Under the pieces are notes generated by a model. It was given only the letters and a program-made list of their open reading frames with translations, had not been told where the DNA came from and did no database searches. Shown one piece after another: positions 37,701-46,854 of a stretch of 64,000 nucleotides of DNA. Origin of the DNA: an uncultured Verrucomicrobiota bacterium (lineage in GTDB: Bacteria > Verrucomicrobiota > Verrucomicrobiia > Limisphaerales > CAIMTB01); assembly GCA_964389135.1 (NCBI GenBank), contig CAYMDA010000012.1, forward strand, positions 8,033 to 72,032, in the 5' to 3' direction. The position numbers and the translations under genes are program-made. Position 1 is the first letter of the stretch. Each line of letters starts with the position of its first letter.

Positions 37701-39503
37701 CTGCCGGACACCCCCGCGAAGTATCTCGGCCTCTACAACGACGAATCCCCGGAACAGTCCCGCGAGGCGGCCCTCCGCAATCACCTCATGGTCCGGCGCA
37801 ACTACGAGGCGCTCGTTTCGGGAGACGGCGCGTGCGCGGGCTGCGGAGAGAAGAGCGTCCTCAGGGCGGCGGCTTCGGTCACCGAGGCCTACATGCGGCC
37901 CATCTATCATCGCAAGGCGGACCGGCTCCGGGAGAAGGCCGACCGGATCGAGCGCGACGGCGTGCGTCTGCTCGAGGCGCTGCGCGAACGCGACCCGGCG
38001 CAGTACGAGCTGTATCGCCGGACCTTCGCCCACGTGATCATGGGACTCGGCGGCGAGAACGACGAGGACACCTCGAGTCGCATCGCGCGGCACGAGGCCG
38101 AGCACGGTCCGATCGATCCCGCGCAGATCGCCGGCGGCCTCGCGGCGGTCATGCGCCAGGATGCCTTCGATCATCGCGACCTTCAGGCGACGGAAGGGCG
38201 GCGCGCCAACGGCATGTCCGTGATGATGATGGGCGCCAGCACCGGATGTAACACCGTGTACGGATCGACGCCGCCGTCCAACCCGCATCCCTACCCGTGG
38301 ATGAACTCGCTGTTCCAGGACGGCGCGACGATCTCGTGGCTCATGGCGGAGTCGGTCATCCTGAGCCACGCCCGGCGTTCCGTGGTGCCCGAGCGGCTCG
38401 CCGACGCCCTGCTCGAGGGCGGCGATCGCGTGATCTCCGACGGCGACTACTTCACGCTCACGCACCTCGACGACACGCTCATGACGGAGCGCGAAATCCG
38501 CGAGCTGCCGAAGGTGTGGGTCGTCGGCGGCGACGGGGCATTCGGTGACATCGGGTTCCAGAACGTCTCCAAGGTCATCCTGCAGAACAGGCCGAACGTG
38601 AAGATGCTCATGCTGGACACGCAGGTGTACTCCAACACCGGCGGCCAGAACTCGGATTCGTCCACGATGCTGGGCGGGTACGACATGAACCAGTTCGGCG
38701 TGGCGTCCCAGGGAAAACTCATCGAGAAGAAGAACGTGGCCGAGGCATTCACGAGCGGACACGGCTCGGCGTTCGTGGCGCAGGTTTCCATGGCAAATGC
38801 CGCCAAGCTCTACAAGGCGATCCTCGACGGCCTCGAGTACCGCGGCACCGCGTTCTTCCAGTGCTACACGACCTGCCAGCCCGAGCACGGGGTCGGTGAC
38901 AACATGTCCGCCGACCAGGCCAAGCTCGTGCGCGACGCTCGCGGCATGCCGGAGTTCGTGTTCAACCCGCGCAGGGGCGAGACGTCGCAGGAGGCGTTCG
39001 ACCTCCGAGGGAATCCTTCCGTGGACCGCGACTGGTGGCGCACGAAGTTCGCGAGCACGGGCGAGGAATACGACTTCACCGTCGCCCACTGGGCGGTGAC
39101 GGAGGGGCGCTTCCGCAAGCACGTGAAGGCGATCACCGAGGAACAGGCCGCCGGCATGATTCCCTACACGGATCTCCTCATGTTCATCACCCAGGATGAC
39201 GTGGTGCACCGCCGCGTGTTCGACCCCGGCCATCGGAGCTACGTCCCGAACTTCGGCGCGTACATCAAGGTGGAGGTGGACGGGAAGATCAAATACTACG
39301 CGACGAGCCGGCAACTGGTCCTGTTTGGCGTGGAACGGCGGAAGGCGTGGCGGATGCTCCAGAGCAAGGCCGGCGTGGTCAGCAGGGACTATCCCGTCCA
39401 GAAGGCTTTCCTCGCGCGGATCGACAGTGGCGAGATCAGCCTGCAGGAAGCGCGTGCGCGCACCCGGGAGCTGCTGGCGGAGGCCGCCGCGGCCGCGGCG
39501 TAG
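34749..39503 (+). CDS. Pyruvate:ferredoxin (flavodoxin) oxidoreductase, single-chain, atypically long (about 1584 aa)
   Basis: All PFOR domains are in order. Domain I is YPITPSTE...GEHAAQGGATAYAVTGRR. Domain III is IGGWGMITTGKNLG. The two ferredoxin motifs are CTQCMECISACP (37188) and CKGCGECVQVCG (37584). The proximal cluster has CAGCGE and TGC. The TPP motif is GGDGAFGDIGFQNV...LDTQVYSNTGGQNS. Start is ATG 34749, with GTG 34695 as an alternative. Confidence 0.9.
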   Translation: MTGSVELPIAVADRSKASSSKQTHARPKYPGIRVTCNGNQLVAQWVEARITEGGVFYPITPSTEGGELYQQSYAQGELNVWGHPKVAIEAEGEHAAQGGATAYAVTGRRTVNFTSGQGIVYAMEQYYHAPGKLSTMVLEVGARALTKHALNVHCGHDDFYAALDTGWTMLMARDAQQAADQAIILRKVNELSLNPGMNIQDGMLTTHSERTYLAPEADLLREFLGAPDDLIDCPTPAQRELFGPRRRRVPQMIDPRNPILLGPVQNQEHHMNGVVARRNNFNEPILGMLEHAYAEFGRLTGRHYGLISEHRTEDADTVFVSLGSAAENIEAACDYLREQRNARVGSIHINVIRPFPEAAVVQALRGKKQVIILERTDEGMAGENPLARDIRVALGKAQEAARHGGTLPPLEPGETPRLFRGCYGIGSRDFRPEHILGAYEFATGQTRRKDGRGAADGETYFVLGVDHPYSVISRDTPSLLPEGAIAVRFHSIGGWGMITTGKNLGSIIGDLGKFISERDPTYDEEGLLRDRLHVMANPKYGSEKKGAPTNYYLVVAPERIRVNCELNHVDVVLCCDPKAFTHTNPLEGMKKGGCLVWESSETPETAWQRIPAAHRKFIRENGIRVFILPGFEIARHATSRPDLQLRMQGNSFLGAFFRVSSFLADYRISEEQFTSVVRKQYEKKFGRFGEAVVASNMTVMTEGFSRVREIRYGEIEEPDRSSMRNPPLRPIGDHPLPPTAGCGSATPGIPAPAGQTRAPFQTVAKFDSEFRAGYGYHQPASALASLGVMGAATGATQSKYVARRETPVYIPENCTQCMECISACPDTALPNTAQEIGTVLRTAAIHYVREPAERRKLVDELKGLEERARARMVDAVKKREKLPFKDIIRDEVGRLTHMSETARAQFMGILEQLPLAYSNVPAIFRSPEQKSPGSGGLFSIFVSDLCKGCGECVQVCGDHDALRMTRETEELNAQLTTAQIFSRLLPDTPAKYLGLYNDESPEQSREAALRNHLMVRRNYEALVSGDGACAGCGEKSVLRAAASVTEAYMRPIYHRKADRLREKADRIERDGVRLLEALRERDPAQYELYRRTFAHVIMGLGGENDEDTSSRIARHEAEHGPIDPAQIAGGLAAVMRQDAFDHRDLQATEGRRANGMSVMMMGASTGCNTVYGSTPPSNPHPYPWMNSLFQDGATISWLMAESVILSHARRSVVPERLADALLEGGDRVISDGDYFTLTHLDDTLMTEREIRELPKVWVVGGDGAFGDIGFQNVSKVILQNRPNVKMLMLDTQVYSNTGGQNSDSSTMLGGYDMNQFGVASQGKLIEKKNVAEAFTSGHGSAFVAQVSMANAAKLYKAILDGLEYRGTAFFQCYTTCQPEHGVGDNMSADQAKLVRDARGMPEFVFNPRRGETSQEAFDLRGNPSVDRDWWRTKFASTGEEYDFTVAHWAVTEGRFRKHVKAITEEQAAGMIPYTDLLMFITQDDVVHRRVFDPGHRSYVPNFGAYIKVEVDGKIKYYATSRQLVLFGVERRKAWRMLQSKAGVVSRDYPVQKAFLARIDSGEISLQEARARTRELLAEAAAAAA

Positions 39504-39591
39504 GGAGTCCCGGTCAGTGCGGCTGCGGGTGACAGCGGATTGGCGTGCAATGCGGACATGGGAACACGCGGAAGAATGACCTGACAGGGGA

Positions 39592-40407
39592 ATGGATCCG
39601 GGCACATGGGCGAGGCGGGGGATCATGGCATGGAGATGGCGGTGGGGCGCCATCGGCCTTCCGGTCCTTCTCGCGGTCCTGATCCTGGTGGCGCGGCCCG
39701 ACGGTGCCCCGGGCACGATGCAGGTGCCGCTCGCCGACGGCTCGATCCTGATCGTCCACGCCTTTACGTGGGGCCGCTCCCAGGACGTCTCGCTGGATCC
39801 CGCGTGGAAGGCATGGCTGCGTGAGCGGCTGCCATCCTGTTTTCAGGCCCGTCTGGCCCCGAATCGGGTCTTCACCCTGCGGGGCGAGGAGGAGGCGCAC
39901 CTTTGGTTGAGCCGCCGGGATCCGGCGACCGGCGCATACCTCCTCCTGAAGAACCATCAGTTCGCCGCCGTGGACAACCAGGGACGGGTCTTCCCCTCGA
40001 CGGGTGGAAGCGGCTGGGGGCTCTCGACGAATCGGATGCTGTTCGCGGCGCGCTTCCCCGCCATCGACTGGCGCGCGAGGGAGTTGCGCTTTCTTGTCTG
40101 GGACGGAACCACGCGCGCGACGAATAAGTTCGTCATCGCCAACCCGCGTTTCAGGGACGACCTGGAGGGGCGGAAGTCGGCCCGCTTCCGCAGACGCGGG
40201 AGGGGGACGGCTTCACGGTCACCCCGGCCGCGCAGCAGCCACTTCCCGGGATCGAAGCCGGGAATGTCTCCCGCTCCTCGATATCCGCCGCCACGGGGAG
40301 GAGGGATCCTGGTGGTCACTCCTCGCGCGTGGCGCGGGTCACTGCCTCTTCCGGGCGCAAAGGGTCCTCACCGTACGCCCGAGGCCTTGAACACGCGGAA
40401 GAGGTAG
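39592..40407 (+). CDS. Hypothetical membrane-anchored protein; the 3' third is compositionally aberrant (possible degraded gene)
   Basis: N-terminal TM (WGAIGLPVLLAVLILVA) and a plausible globular part up to about FVIANPRFRDD. After about 40160 the frame becomes R/P/S/G-rich and runs 40 nt into the convergent cydB. Confidence 0.35.
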   Translation: MDPGTWARRGIMAWRWRWGAIGLPVLLAVLILVARPDGAPGTMQVPLADGSILIVHAFTWGRSQDVSLDPAWKAWLRERLPSCFQARLAPNRVFTLRGEEEAHLWLSRRDPATGAYLLLKNHQFAAVDNQGRVFPSTGGSGWGLSTNRMLFAARFPAIDWRARELRFLVWDGTTRATNKFVIANPRFRDDLEGRKSARFRRRGRGTASRSPRPRSSHFPGSKPGMSPAPRYPPPRGGGILVVTPRAWRGSLPLPGAKGPHRTPEALNTRKR

Positions 40408-41369
40408 TAGATCGACGGCAGGAGCACGACCGCGCCGACCCCCAGCGCAACGACGAGGAGGCGCAGGGTGATCTCCGGCGCGGCGGTGTTGCGGATCGTC
40501 AGGTCCGGGTAGATGAGGTGCGGATACTGAGCCAGGCACCAGCCGAGGAGGATGGTTGTGACCTGTCCGATGGCGGCGACCCGGGCGAGGCCGAAGTGCC
40601 GCCGGAGTAGCCCGAACAGGGCCGTCGCGCCGCAGACCGCCGTCCAGACGAGGAGCAGGGGCGCCCACCAGTCCGTGAGTTCGCGGTACATCTGCGGCGC
40701 CCCCCTCCGCGAGGTGAAGAACACGATCGCGGCGATGGGAAGAAGGATGATTTCCGCGACGATGGCGCGCACGCGGAAGTCGTCCTGGAGGTCGGGCTCA
40801 CTGGCGGTGTCCACGGCCAGGTACGCCGCGGCGATGAACGCGAACAGGACCAGGGCGAACGCGCCGCACGCGATGGAGAACGGGGTGAGCCAGCCCGCGA
40901 AGAAGCCGGTCTGCACGACTCCGTTCTGCACGCGGATGTGGCCGGTGGTCAGGGCACCCAGGGTGAGTCCCTGGACGAATGGAGTGAATGCGCTCGAGAT
41001 GCCGAAGAGTCGGCTCCAGCGGCGCTGGATGTGGTCGCGCCGCGAGTCGTACTTGCGAAAGACGAAGGCGGAACCGCGCAGGACGATGCCGACGAGCATC
41101 GCCGTGAGCGGGATGTGGAGGGCGGTCATCATGGCGGCGAACGCGGGCGGCCATGCCGTGAAGAGCAGAACAACCACGAGGATGAGCCACACGTGGTTGG
41201 CCTCCCAGATCGGGGCGATGGCGTCGGCGACGGCCTCGCGCTGGCGCTGCGCGCGGGGACCGTGTGCAAGGAGATCCCAGATGCCTCCGCCGAAGTCGGC
41301 GCCGCCCATGAGGGCGTAGAGGATCAGCGAAACGAGCGTGACGATCGCGATGAGGTCTTCAAGTCCCAT
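40368..41369 (-). CDS. cydB: Cytochrome bd-type quinol oxidase subunit II
   Basis: LILYALMGGADFGGGIWDLL start motif. About 8 TM segments. Overlaps the cydA stop by 11 nt. Confidence 0.9.
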   Translation of the reverse strand: MGLEDLIAIVTLVSLILYALMGGADFGGGIWDLLAHGPRAQRQREAVADAIAPIWEANHVWLILVVVLLFTAWPPAFAAMMTALHIPLTAMLVGIVLRGSAFVFRKYDSRRDHIQRRWSRLFGISSAFTPFVQGLTLGALTTGHIRVQNGVVQTGFFAGWLTPFSIACGAFALVLFAFIAAAYLAVDTASEPDLQDDFRVRAIVAEIILLPIAAIVFFTSRRGAPQMYRELTDWWAPLLLVWTAVCGATALFGLLRRHFGLARVAAIGQVTTILLGWCLAQYPHLIYPDLTIRNTAAPEITLRLLVVALGVGAVVLLPSIYYLFRVFKASGVR

Positions 41370-42678
41370 GGCGTCTCTCGATCAGGCGGGGCGAGGCGGT
41401 TTCCCGGAACTGCCGGCGGAGGAGGAAGACCACGATCACCGAGAGGAACAGATACACGATCGTGAACAGGGTGAACGGCACCACGAGCCCGCGCATGGGG
41501 GTGACGGCCTCGCTCGTGCGCATGAAGCCGTAAATGATCCATGGCTGGCGTCCGAACTCGGTGACGAACCAGCCGGCCTCGATCGCGATGAAGCCCATGG
41601 GGGACGCGACGAGGAAGGCGCGCAGCAGCGGAGGGCCAGGTCCGCGTCCGCGCCACCAGTTCCATCCCGCCCAGACGGCCACCGCCAGCATGAAGAGGCC
41701 GCAGAAGACCATGATGTCGAAGCTCCAGTGGACGACCCGGACGTCGGGCCATTCCTCGCGGGGGAACTGGTCGAGCCCGATGACTTCAGCGTGGGGGCTG
41801 TTTCCGACGAGCAGGCTCAGGCCGTAGGGAATCTTCAGCGCGAACCGGGTCTCCATGTTCTCCTGGTCCACGACTCCTCCCACGAGGAACGGAGCTCCCC
41901 TGGTGGTGTGGAAGTGCGCCTCCATTGCGGCGAGCTTGGCGGGCTGCAGTTCCGCCACCCGCCGCGCGGCATAGTCCCCGGCGACGATCTGGAGCGGGAT
42001 CGTCGTGCAGCCGAGGATCGCGCCGATGCGAAAGGCGGACCTGTGAAAGGCGCTGGAAGGATCGCGCAGCAGGTAGAATGCGTGGATGCCCGCGACCAGG
42101 AATCCCGTGGCGCACCACGCGGCCAGGGTCATGTGGATCACCTCGTGCAACGCGGCCGGGTTCAGCATGGCACGAATCGGATCGATGTTGACGAACCTGC
42201 CGTCCGCGAAGTCGAACCCCACCGGCGTGTTCATCCATGAGTTGGCGGTGACGACGAACACACCCGAAAGGGTGCCGCTGATCGCGACGAGCACGCCGGC
42301 CAGCCAGTGGGCCGTCGGGGGGATGCGGTTCCAGCCGTAGAGAAACACGCCGAGGAAGATCGCCTCGGTGAAGAAGGCGAATCCCTCCAGGGAGAACGGC
42401 ATGCCGATGATCGCGCCGGCGTGTTCCATGAACGCCGGCCAGAGCAGGCCGAGCTCGAAGGAGAGCACGGTGCCGGAGACGGCGCCCACCGCGAAGAGAA
42501 TGGCCGTTCCGTGCGCCCAGCGCCGGGCGAGCTCGAGGTGAACCGGGTCGCCGCGGCGGAGGTGGAGACCCTCCGCGATGGCCATGAGCACGGGCATCCC
42601 GATTCCGACCGTCGCGAAGACGATGTGGAACGCGAGGGACATCCCCATCTGCGCCCGTGCGAACTGGAGGTCCGTCAC
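41359..42678 (-). CDS. cydA: Cytochrome bd-type quinol oxidase subunit I (short Q-loop, about 439 aa)
   Basis: LQFARAQMGMSLAFHIVFATVGIGMP (heme b558 His region), GWFVTEFGRQPWIIYG. GTG start at 42678. Confidence 0.9.
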   Translation of the reverse strand: MTDLQFARAQMGMSLAFHIVFATVGIGMPVLMAIAEGLHLRRGDPVHLELARRWAHGTAILFAVGAVSGTVLSFELGLLWPAFMEHAGAIIGMPFSLEGFAFFTEAIFLGVFLYGWNRIPPTAHWLAGVLVAISGTLSGVFVVTANSWMNTPVGFDFADGRFVNIDPIRAMLNPAALHEVIHMTLAAWCATGFLVAGIHAFYLLRDPSSAFHRSAFRIGAILGCTTIPLQIVAGDYAARRVAELQPAKLAAMEAHFHTTRGAPFLVGGVVDQENMETRFALKIPYGLSLLVGNSPHAEVIGLDQFPREEWPDVRVVHWSFDIMVFCGLFMLAVAVWAGWNWWRGRGPGPPLLRAFLVASPMGFIAIEAGWFVTEFGRQPWIIYGFMRTSEAVTPMRGLVVPFTLFTIVYLFLSVIVVFLLRRQFRETASPRLIERRHGT

Positions 42679-42750
42679 GGGCGCAGAATCAGGGAAGGGG
42701 CCGCGGGAAGCAAACCCTGTCGAGGCGGGGAAGCCTGCCCGCGGGGCGAC

Positions 42751-44751
42751 TCACTCCGCCGAGGCGGTGAGTAGTTCCAGCAGCGCGGTTTCCTTCTCCG
42801 GGCCGGTCTGGAAGTCGAACGCGCGGAAGTAGCGCGGCTTGTCCGTCTCCGGGGTCGCGGGATCCCTCAGGATCGCGGCGAGCAGGGAAGGGGTGCCGCG
42901 CGCGCGCGATCGCCAGACGATGTCGCGTCCGGCGGCGGTGCGCGTGGGATCCCCCTCGGCTTCGATGTATGCCGCGAGAAAGGAATCCCACTGTCCCTCG
43001 GCGCCGATCCCAAGGGCCTCGAGGTACCAGCGGTCCCTGCCGTCGTGGCGCCGCGCAAGCTTCGCCCAGAGCTTCGGGGCCTCGGGCGAGGACTGGCCGC
43101 GCAGGGCGATGGCGCACTCGCGGCGGACCTGGGGGTTCGGATCCTCCGCGAGCTGCCGGACGATCGGGATGACGTCCATGCGCAGCGCCCGGGCGATGCG
43201 GAGCCCGGTCATCCGGATGTCGGGGTTCTCATCGCGAATCGCGGCATTCACATGGGCCGGGTTGAGGCGCGCGAGCAGGTGGAGTGCGCGTGCGCGCATG
43301 CGGGGATTGGGATCCGACAGGACCGTCTTCAGCGCCGGTTCCGCGGAGGCGCCCATCCGGCGGAGGGCCGTCCACGCGAGGTAACGGGTCGCCTGGTTGG
43401 GCGACTTGAGGGCTGCCGCGGCGCCTTCGGCGGATTCGAGGTCGAGGGCGGGACGCACCGGCTTGTGCCCGGCCGGCGCGACGCGATAGACGCGGCCGGA
43501 GATGGAGTCGAGCTTCTGGTCGGCCATGTAGTGGCCGCCGACCCCGGCGTCATTCCAGTCGGTGACGTAGAGGGAGCCGTCGGGGGCGACACAGACATCG
43601 CTCGGACGGAACCACGGATCCTCGGTCGTGATGAGATCCACGATGCGGGCGGAGTAGCCCGCGCCGGCGGGCGTGACCGGATAGGCCCGCACCACGCGCG
43701 GGCCGGCGTCGCAGTGAATCATCTGGTTGCGGAACGGCTCGGGAAGAAGGTCGCCCTCGTACACGCACATGCCCGTCGGCGAGCCCGCGCCGGTCTGGAG
43801 GAGGTTGGGCACCACGCCGGGATCGTTCAGGTGCCAGTGGCGTCTCGGGATGTCCTCCTCGAGGTTCGTGCGCTTCTGGTTCCAGCCCGCGCCCGTCATC
43901 TCGTCGCGGAATCCGTAATTGCCGAACTCCATGACGAAGTTGATGCGAACCCCCTGGTTTCCGTCGTCGTCGTTGTCGGACTGCCAGAGGGCGCCGAAGG
44001 AATCGACCGCGGTTTCGTAGTTGTTCCGGAAATTCCAGGCGATGGTCTCGAGGTTCGAGCCGTCGAGGTCGCAGCGGAAGACCATGCCCTCGCGGTAGGG
44101 CTTGCCGTGGTCAGCCACGATGTTGCCCGCGAGGTCCCGGACGGGGTTGCCGTCCGCGTCCATGAGCTGGCGGCCCTCGTTCCCGAAGTTGAAGTAGAGA
44201 CGGCCGTCGGGGCCGAAGACGGCGGCGTGCGCGCCATGGTCGTGGTCCACGCCCTTGATGCCGGTGAAGAGTTTTCTGGGAGGGCCGTCGGCGCGGTCAT
44301 CGCCGTCGAGGTCCTCGAAGACGAGGATGTTGGGGGAGCACGAGACGATGACCCGGCTGCCGAGCACGCAGATGCCGAGGGCGGCATTGATTTCGTCGCC
44401 CTGGTAGAACGTCTTCTGCGTGTCGGCGCGTCCGTCGAGGTCGGAGTCCTCGAGGATGACGATGCGATCCCCGGCGGGTTCGAGTTTGCCCCACTTCTGC
44501 CAGAGGCGGTAGTTCACCCCCTCGGTGACCCAGACGCGCCCGCGGGCGTCGATGTCGAGGTTCGTCGGGTTGCGGACGAGGGGTTCGGAGGCGAAGAGGG
44601 TGAGTTCGATTCCCTCGGGCGTGCGGAGCGCCTCGGCCTGACGGCGCGCGGCGTCGGGTCCCGAGCCGGCAGGGTTCTGCGCGAGCGACGGCATCGCGAT
44701 CGCCGCGGCCACGGCGAACGCATGGGAAGGCCTGAGGACGGACGGGTGCAT
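42751..44751 (-). CDS. PVC-type putative membrane-bound dehydrogenase domain (beta-propeller) protein with C-terminal HEAT repeats; no CxxCH
   Basis: Signal peptide. ELTLFASEPLVRNPTNLDIDARGRVWVTEGVNYR (TIGR02604-like start) and GRLYFNFGN / GSLYVTDW propeller blades. HEAT repeats (DPNPRMRARALHLL, DENPDIRMTGLRIA, DPNPQVRRECAIAL). Confidence 0.75.
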   Translation of the reverse strand: MHPSVLRPSHAFAVAAAIAMPSLAQNPAGSGPDAARRQAEALRTPEGIELTLFASEPLVRNPTNLDIDARGRVWVTEGVNYRLWQKWGKLEPAGDRIVILEDSDLDGRADTQKTFYQGDEINAALGICVLGSRVIVSCSPNILVFEDLDGDDRADGPPRKLFTGIKGVDHDHGAHAAVFGPDGRLYFNFGNEGRQLMDADGNPVRDLAGNIVADHGKPYREGMVFRCDLDGSNLETIAWNFRNNYETAVDSFGALWQSDNDDDGNQGVRINFVMEFGNYGFRDEMTGAGWNQKRTNLEEDIPRRHWHLNDPGVVPNLLQTGAGSPTGMCVYEGDLLPEPFRNQMIHCDAGPRVVRAYPVTPAGAGYSARIVDLITTEDPWFRPSDVCVAPDGSLYVTDWNDAGVGGHYMADQKLDSISGRVYRVAPAGHKPVRPALDLESAEGAAAALKSPNQATRYLAWTALRRMGASAEPALKTVLSDPNPRMRARALHLLARLNPAHVNAAIRDENPDIRMTGLRIARALRMDVIPIVRQLAEDPNPQVRRECAIALRGQSSPEAPKLWAKLARRHDGRDRWYLEALGIGAEGQWDSFLAAYIEAEGDPTRTAAGRDIVWRSRARGTPSLLAAILRDPATPETDKPRYFRAFDFQTGPEKETALLELLTASAE

Positions 44752-44793
44752 GCGCGATCTTTTCGATGACGCGCAGGCGCGGTCCAGCGGTTT

Positions 44794-45621
44794 TCAGGCC
44801 GGTTCGTCGCGAGGCTCCGGCGGCGGACGGAACTTCGGGCACTGGCTCATGAACGCGATCGGGTTCCTGTACAGGACGCGGTCGATTTCGTTCCCGCTCC
44901 AGCGGCGTCTCCGCATCTCAAGGGCGGCCTGCGGCACCGCGAGGGGAACGCTCTCGCCCCAGTCGCACGCGGAGTTCATCCAGATGCGCTCGGTGCCGTA
45001 GCGGTCCAGGATGTCGATCGCGCGGGCCGGGGTGCACTTGCTGACGGGGTAGAGCGTCATGCCCGCCCAGTGGCCGCGATCGAGAACCATCTTCACGGTG
45101 TGCTCCTCGACGTGATCGATGATGACGCGCTCGGGCCGGATGCGGCTGTCGGCCCTCAGCGCGTCAAGGATGAGCCGGGTGCCCTTCAGCTTGTCCTCGA
45201 GGTGCGGGGTGTGGACGAGGATCAGCTGCTCGTGGCGCGCGGCGAGGTCGATGTGCATCTCGAGCACGCGCAGTTCGTTCCGGGAGTTCTTGTTCAGGCC
45301 GATCTCACCGATCCCGAGCACGTTCGGGCTCTCGAGGAAACTGGGAATGACCTCGAGGACCTCGGTGGCGAGCCGCACGTCCTCGGATTCCTTCGGGTTG
45401 ATGCACAGCCACGTGTAGTGATCGATGCCGTACCGGGCGGCGCGCCGCGGTTCGTGCCGGGTGAGCTGGGCGAAATAATCGACGAAGCCGGCGACGGAAC
45501 TCCGGTCGAAGCCCGCCCAGAAGGCGGGTTCGGAAACGGCGCAGCAGCCGGCCATGGCCATGGCCTGGTAATCGTCGGTGACCCGGCTGACCATGTGGGC
45601 GTGAGGTTCGATGTAACGCAT
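44794..45621 (-). CDS. TatD-related TIM-barrel metal-dependent hydrolase
   Basis: [10 protein letters not shown] (HxH metal motif), [23 protein letters not shown]. Confidence 0.7.
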   Translation of the reverse strand: MRYIEPHAHMVSRVTDDYQAMAMAGCCAVSEPAFWAGFDRSSVAGFVDYFAQLTRHEPRRAARYGIDHYTWLCINPKESEDVRLATEVLEVIPSFLESPNVLGIGEIGLNKNSRNELRVLEMHIDLAARHEQLILVHTPHLEDKLKGTRLILDALRADSRIRPERVIIDHVEEHTVKMVLDRGHWAGMTLYPVSKCTPARAIDILDRYGTERIWMNSACDWGESVPLAVPQAALEMRRRRWSGNEIDRVLYRNPIAFMSQCPKFRPPPEPRDEPA

Positions 45622-45801
45622 GAGGCCTTGGACGCCGCACGGAAGCCGTGTCCAGCTCCAGTGGAGCTGCCAGCCCTGACGGGGTGCGGCTGAAGGAGGT
45701 TAGGCCGGCGTCGGCCCGAGCTCAATCCCGGGAACCTCCGGGAGCGCGACGAGGTGTTCGTCGCCATGGGGGAAGGACGGGGATGCGCGTTCGGCGCCGC
45801 C

Positions 45802-46854
45802 TCAGGCGGGAGGCTCCGCCGCGGCGGCCCCCCCCTCGAGGCGCGCCTCGAGCTCACGGACCCTTCGCGTCAGATCCTCCATGCGGCGGTTGAGCTCGGG
45901 GAGCCGCTGGAGCGCGATGTACTGCCGTTTCGCGCGCTGTTCGGGGTGGGCCGGCGACCCGAGCCACTTCTGGCCCGCCGGGATGTTGTTCATGACCCCG
46001 GACTGCGCCCCGATCATCACGCGATCTCCGATGTTCAGGTGGCCCGCGATCCCGACCTGGCCGGCGAGCGTGACGTAGTTGCCGAGGCGCGTGCTGCCGG
46101 CGACGCCCACCTGGGCGATGACAAGGCAGTGCTCGCCGATGGTCACGTTGTGGGCGATCTGGACGAGGTTGTCGATCTTGGTGCCGCGACCGATCACGGT
46201 TGCGCCGAGGGCGCCACGATCGATCGCCGCGTTCGCGCCGATCTCCACGTCGTCCTCGATGACCACGTGGCCGACCTGCGGGACCTTGCGGTGAACCCCC
46301 TGGTCGAAGACGTAACCGTATCCGTCCGATCCGATCACGGTGCCCGAGTGGATGCGCACGCGATGGCCCACGTGGGTGCGCGCGTACAGGACCACGTTCG
46401 GGAAGAGACGCACGTCGTCCCCGATGACGGAATCATCGCCGACATGGTTCCCGCCGAGGAGGACCGTGCGTTCGCCGATCCGGACGCGATCGCAGATCAC
46501 GCAGTGCGGACCGATGTGCGCGGTCGGGGCCACGACCGCGGTGGCCGCGACCACGGCGGTGGGATGGATGCCACCCGTGTACTCCGGCTCACGGAAGAAG
46601 AGGGGAACGACCCGCGCGAAGGCGATGCGCGGCTGCGCCACGCGGATGAGCGTCTTGGCGGAGGAGACAAGGCCCGGTCCCACGAGGATGGCCGCGGCGG
46701 CGCTCGCCTCCGCCGCGGCGAGATAAGCTTCATTCTCGGCGAACGTCAGATCCCCCGCGCGTGCCGTATGGGCGGGTGCGAAGCCGGTCAGGGGCAGGTT
46801 GGGATCGCCTTCGACGGTTCCGCCGAGCAGCTCCGCCACTTCGCGCGTTGTCAT
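45802..46854 (-). CDS. lpxD: UDP-3-O-acylglucosamine N-acyltransferase
   Basis: N-terminal LpxD domain ([10 protein letters not shown]). Left-handed beta-helix hexapeptide repeats. Catalytic region [34 protein letters not shown]. Internal ATG 46854 forms an ATGA overlap with the panD stop. Confidence 0.9.
   Translation of the reverse strand: MTTREVAELLGGTVEGDPNLPLTGFAPAHTARAGDLTFAENEAYLAAAEASAAAAILVGPGLVSSAKTLIRVAQPRIAFARVVPLFFREPEYTGGIHPTAVVAATAVVAPTAHIGPHCVICDRVRIGERTVLLGGNHVGDDSVIGDDVRLFPNVVLYARTHVGHRVRIHSGTVIGSDGYGYVFDQGVHRKVPQVGHVVIEDDVEIGANAAIDRGALGATVIGRGTKIDNLVQIAHNVTIGEHCLVIAQVGVAGSTRLGNYVTLAGQVGIAGHLNIGDRVMIGAQSGVMNNIPAGQKWLGSPAHPEQRAKRQYIALQRLPELNRRMEDLTRRVRELEARLEGGAAAAEPPA

Noticed and set aside
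34758-39716. 1652-aa ORF antisense to the PFOR gene
   Set aside because: Same reasoning. The plus strand carries every PFOR motif in order, while the antisense product is low-complexity and R/G/H/L-rich.
39514-39957. 147-aa minus-strand ORF in the PFOR-to-hypothetical intergenic region
   Set aside because: It is P/R/G/H-rich with no motifs, it overlaps the more plausible plus-strand membrane-protein ORF, and it has no ribosome-binding context.
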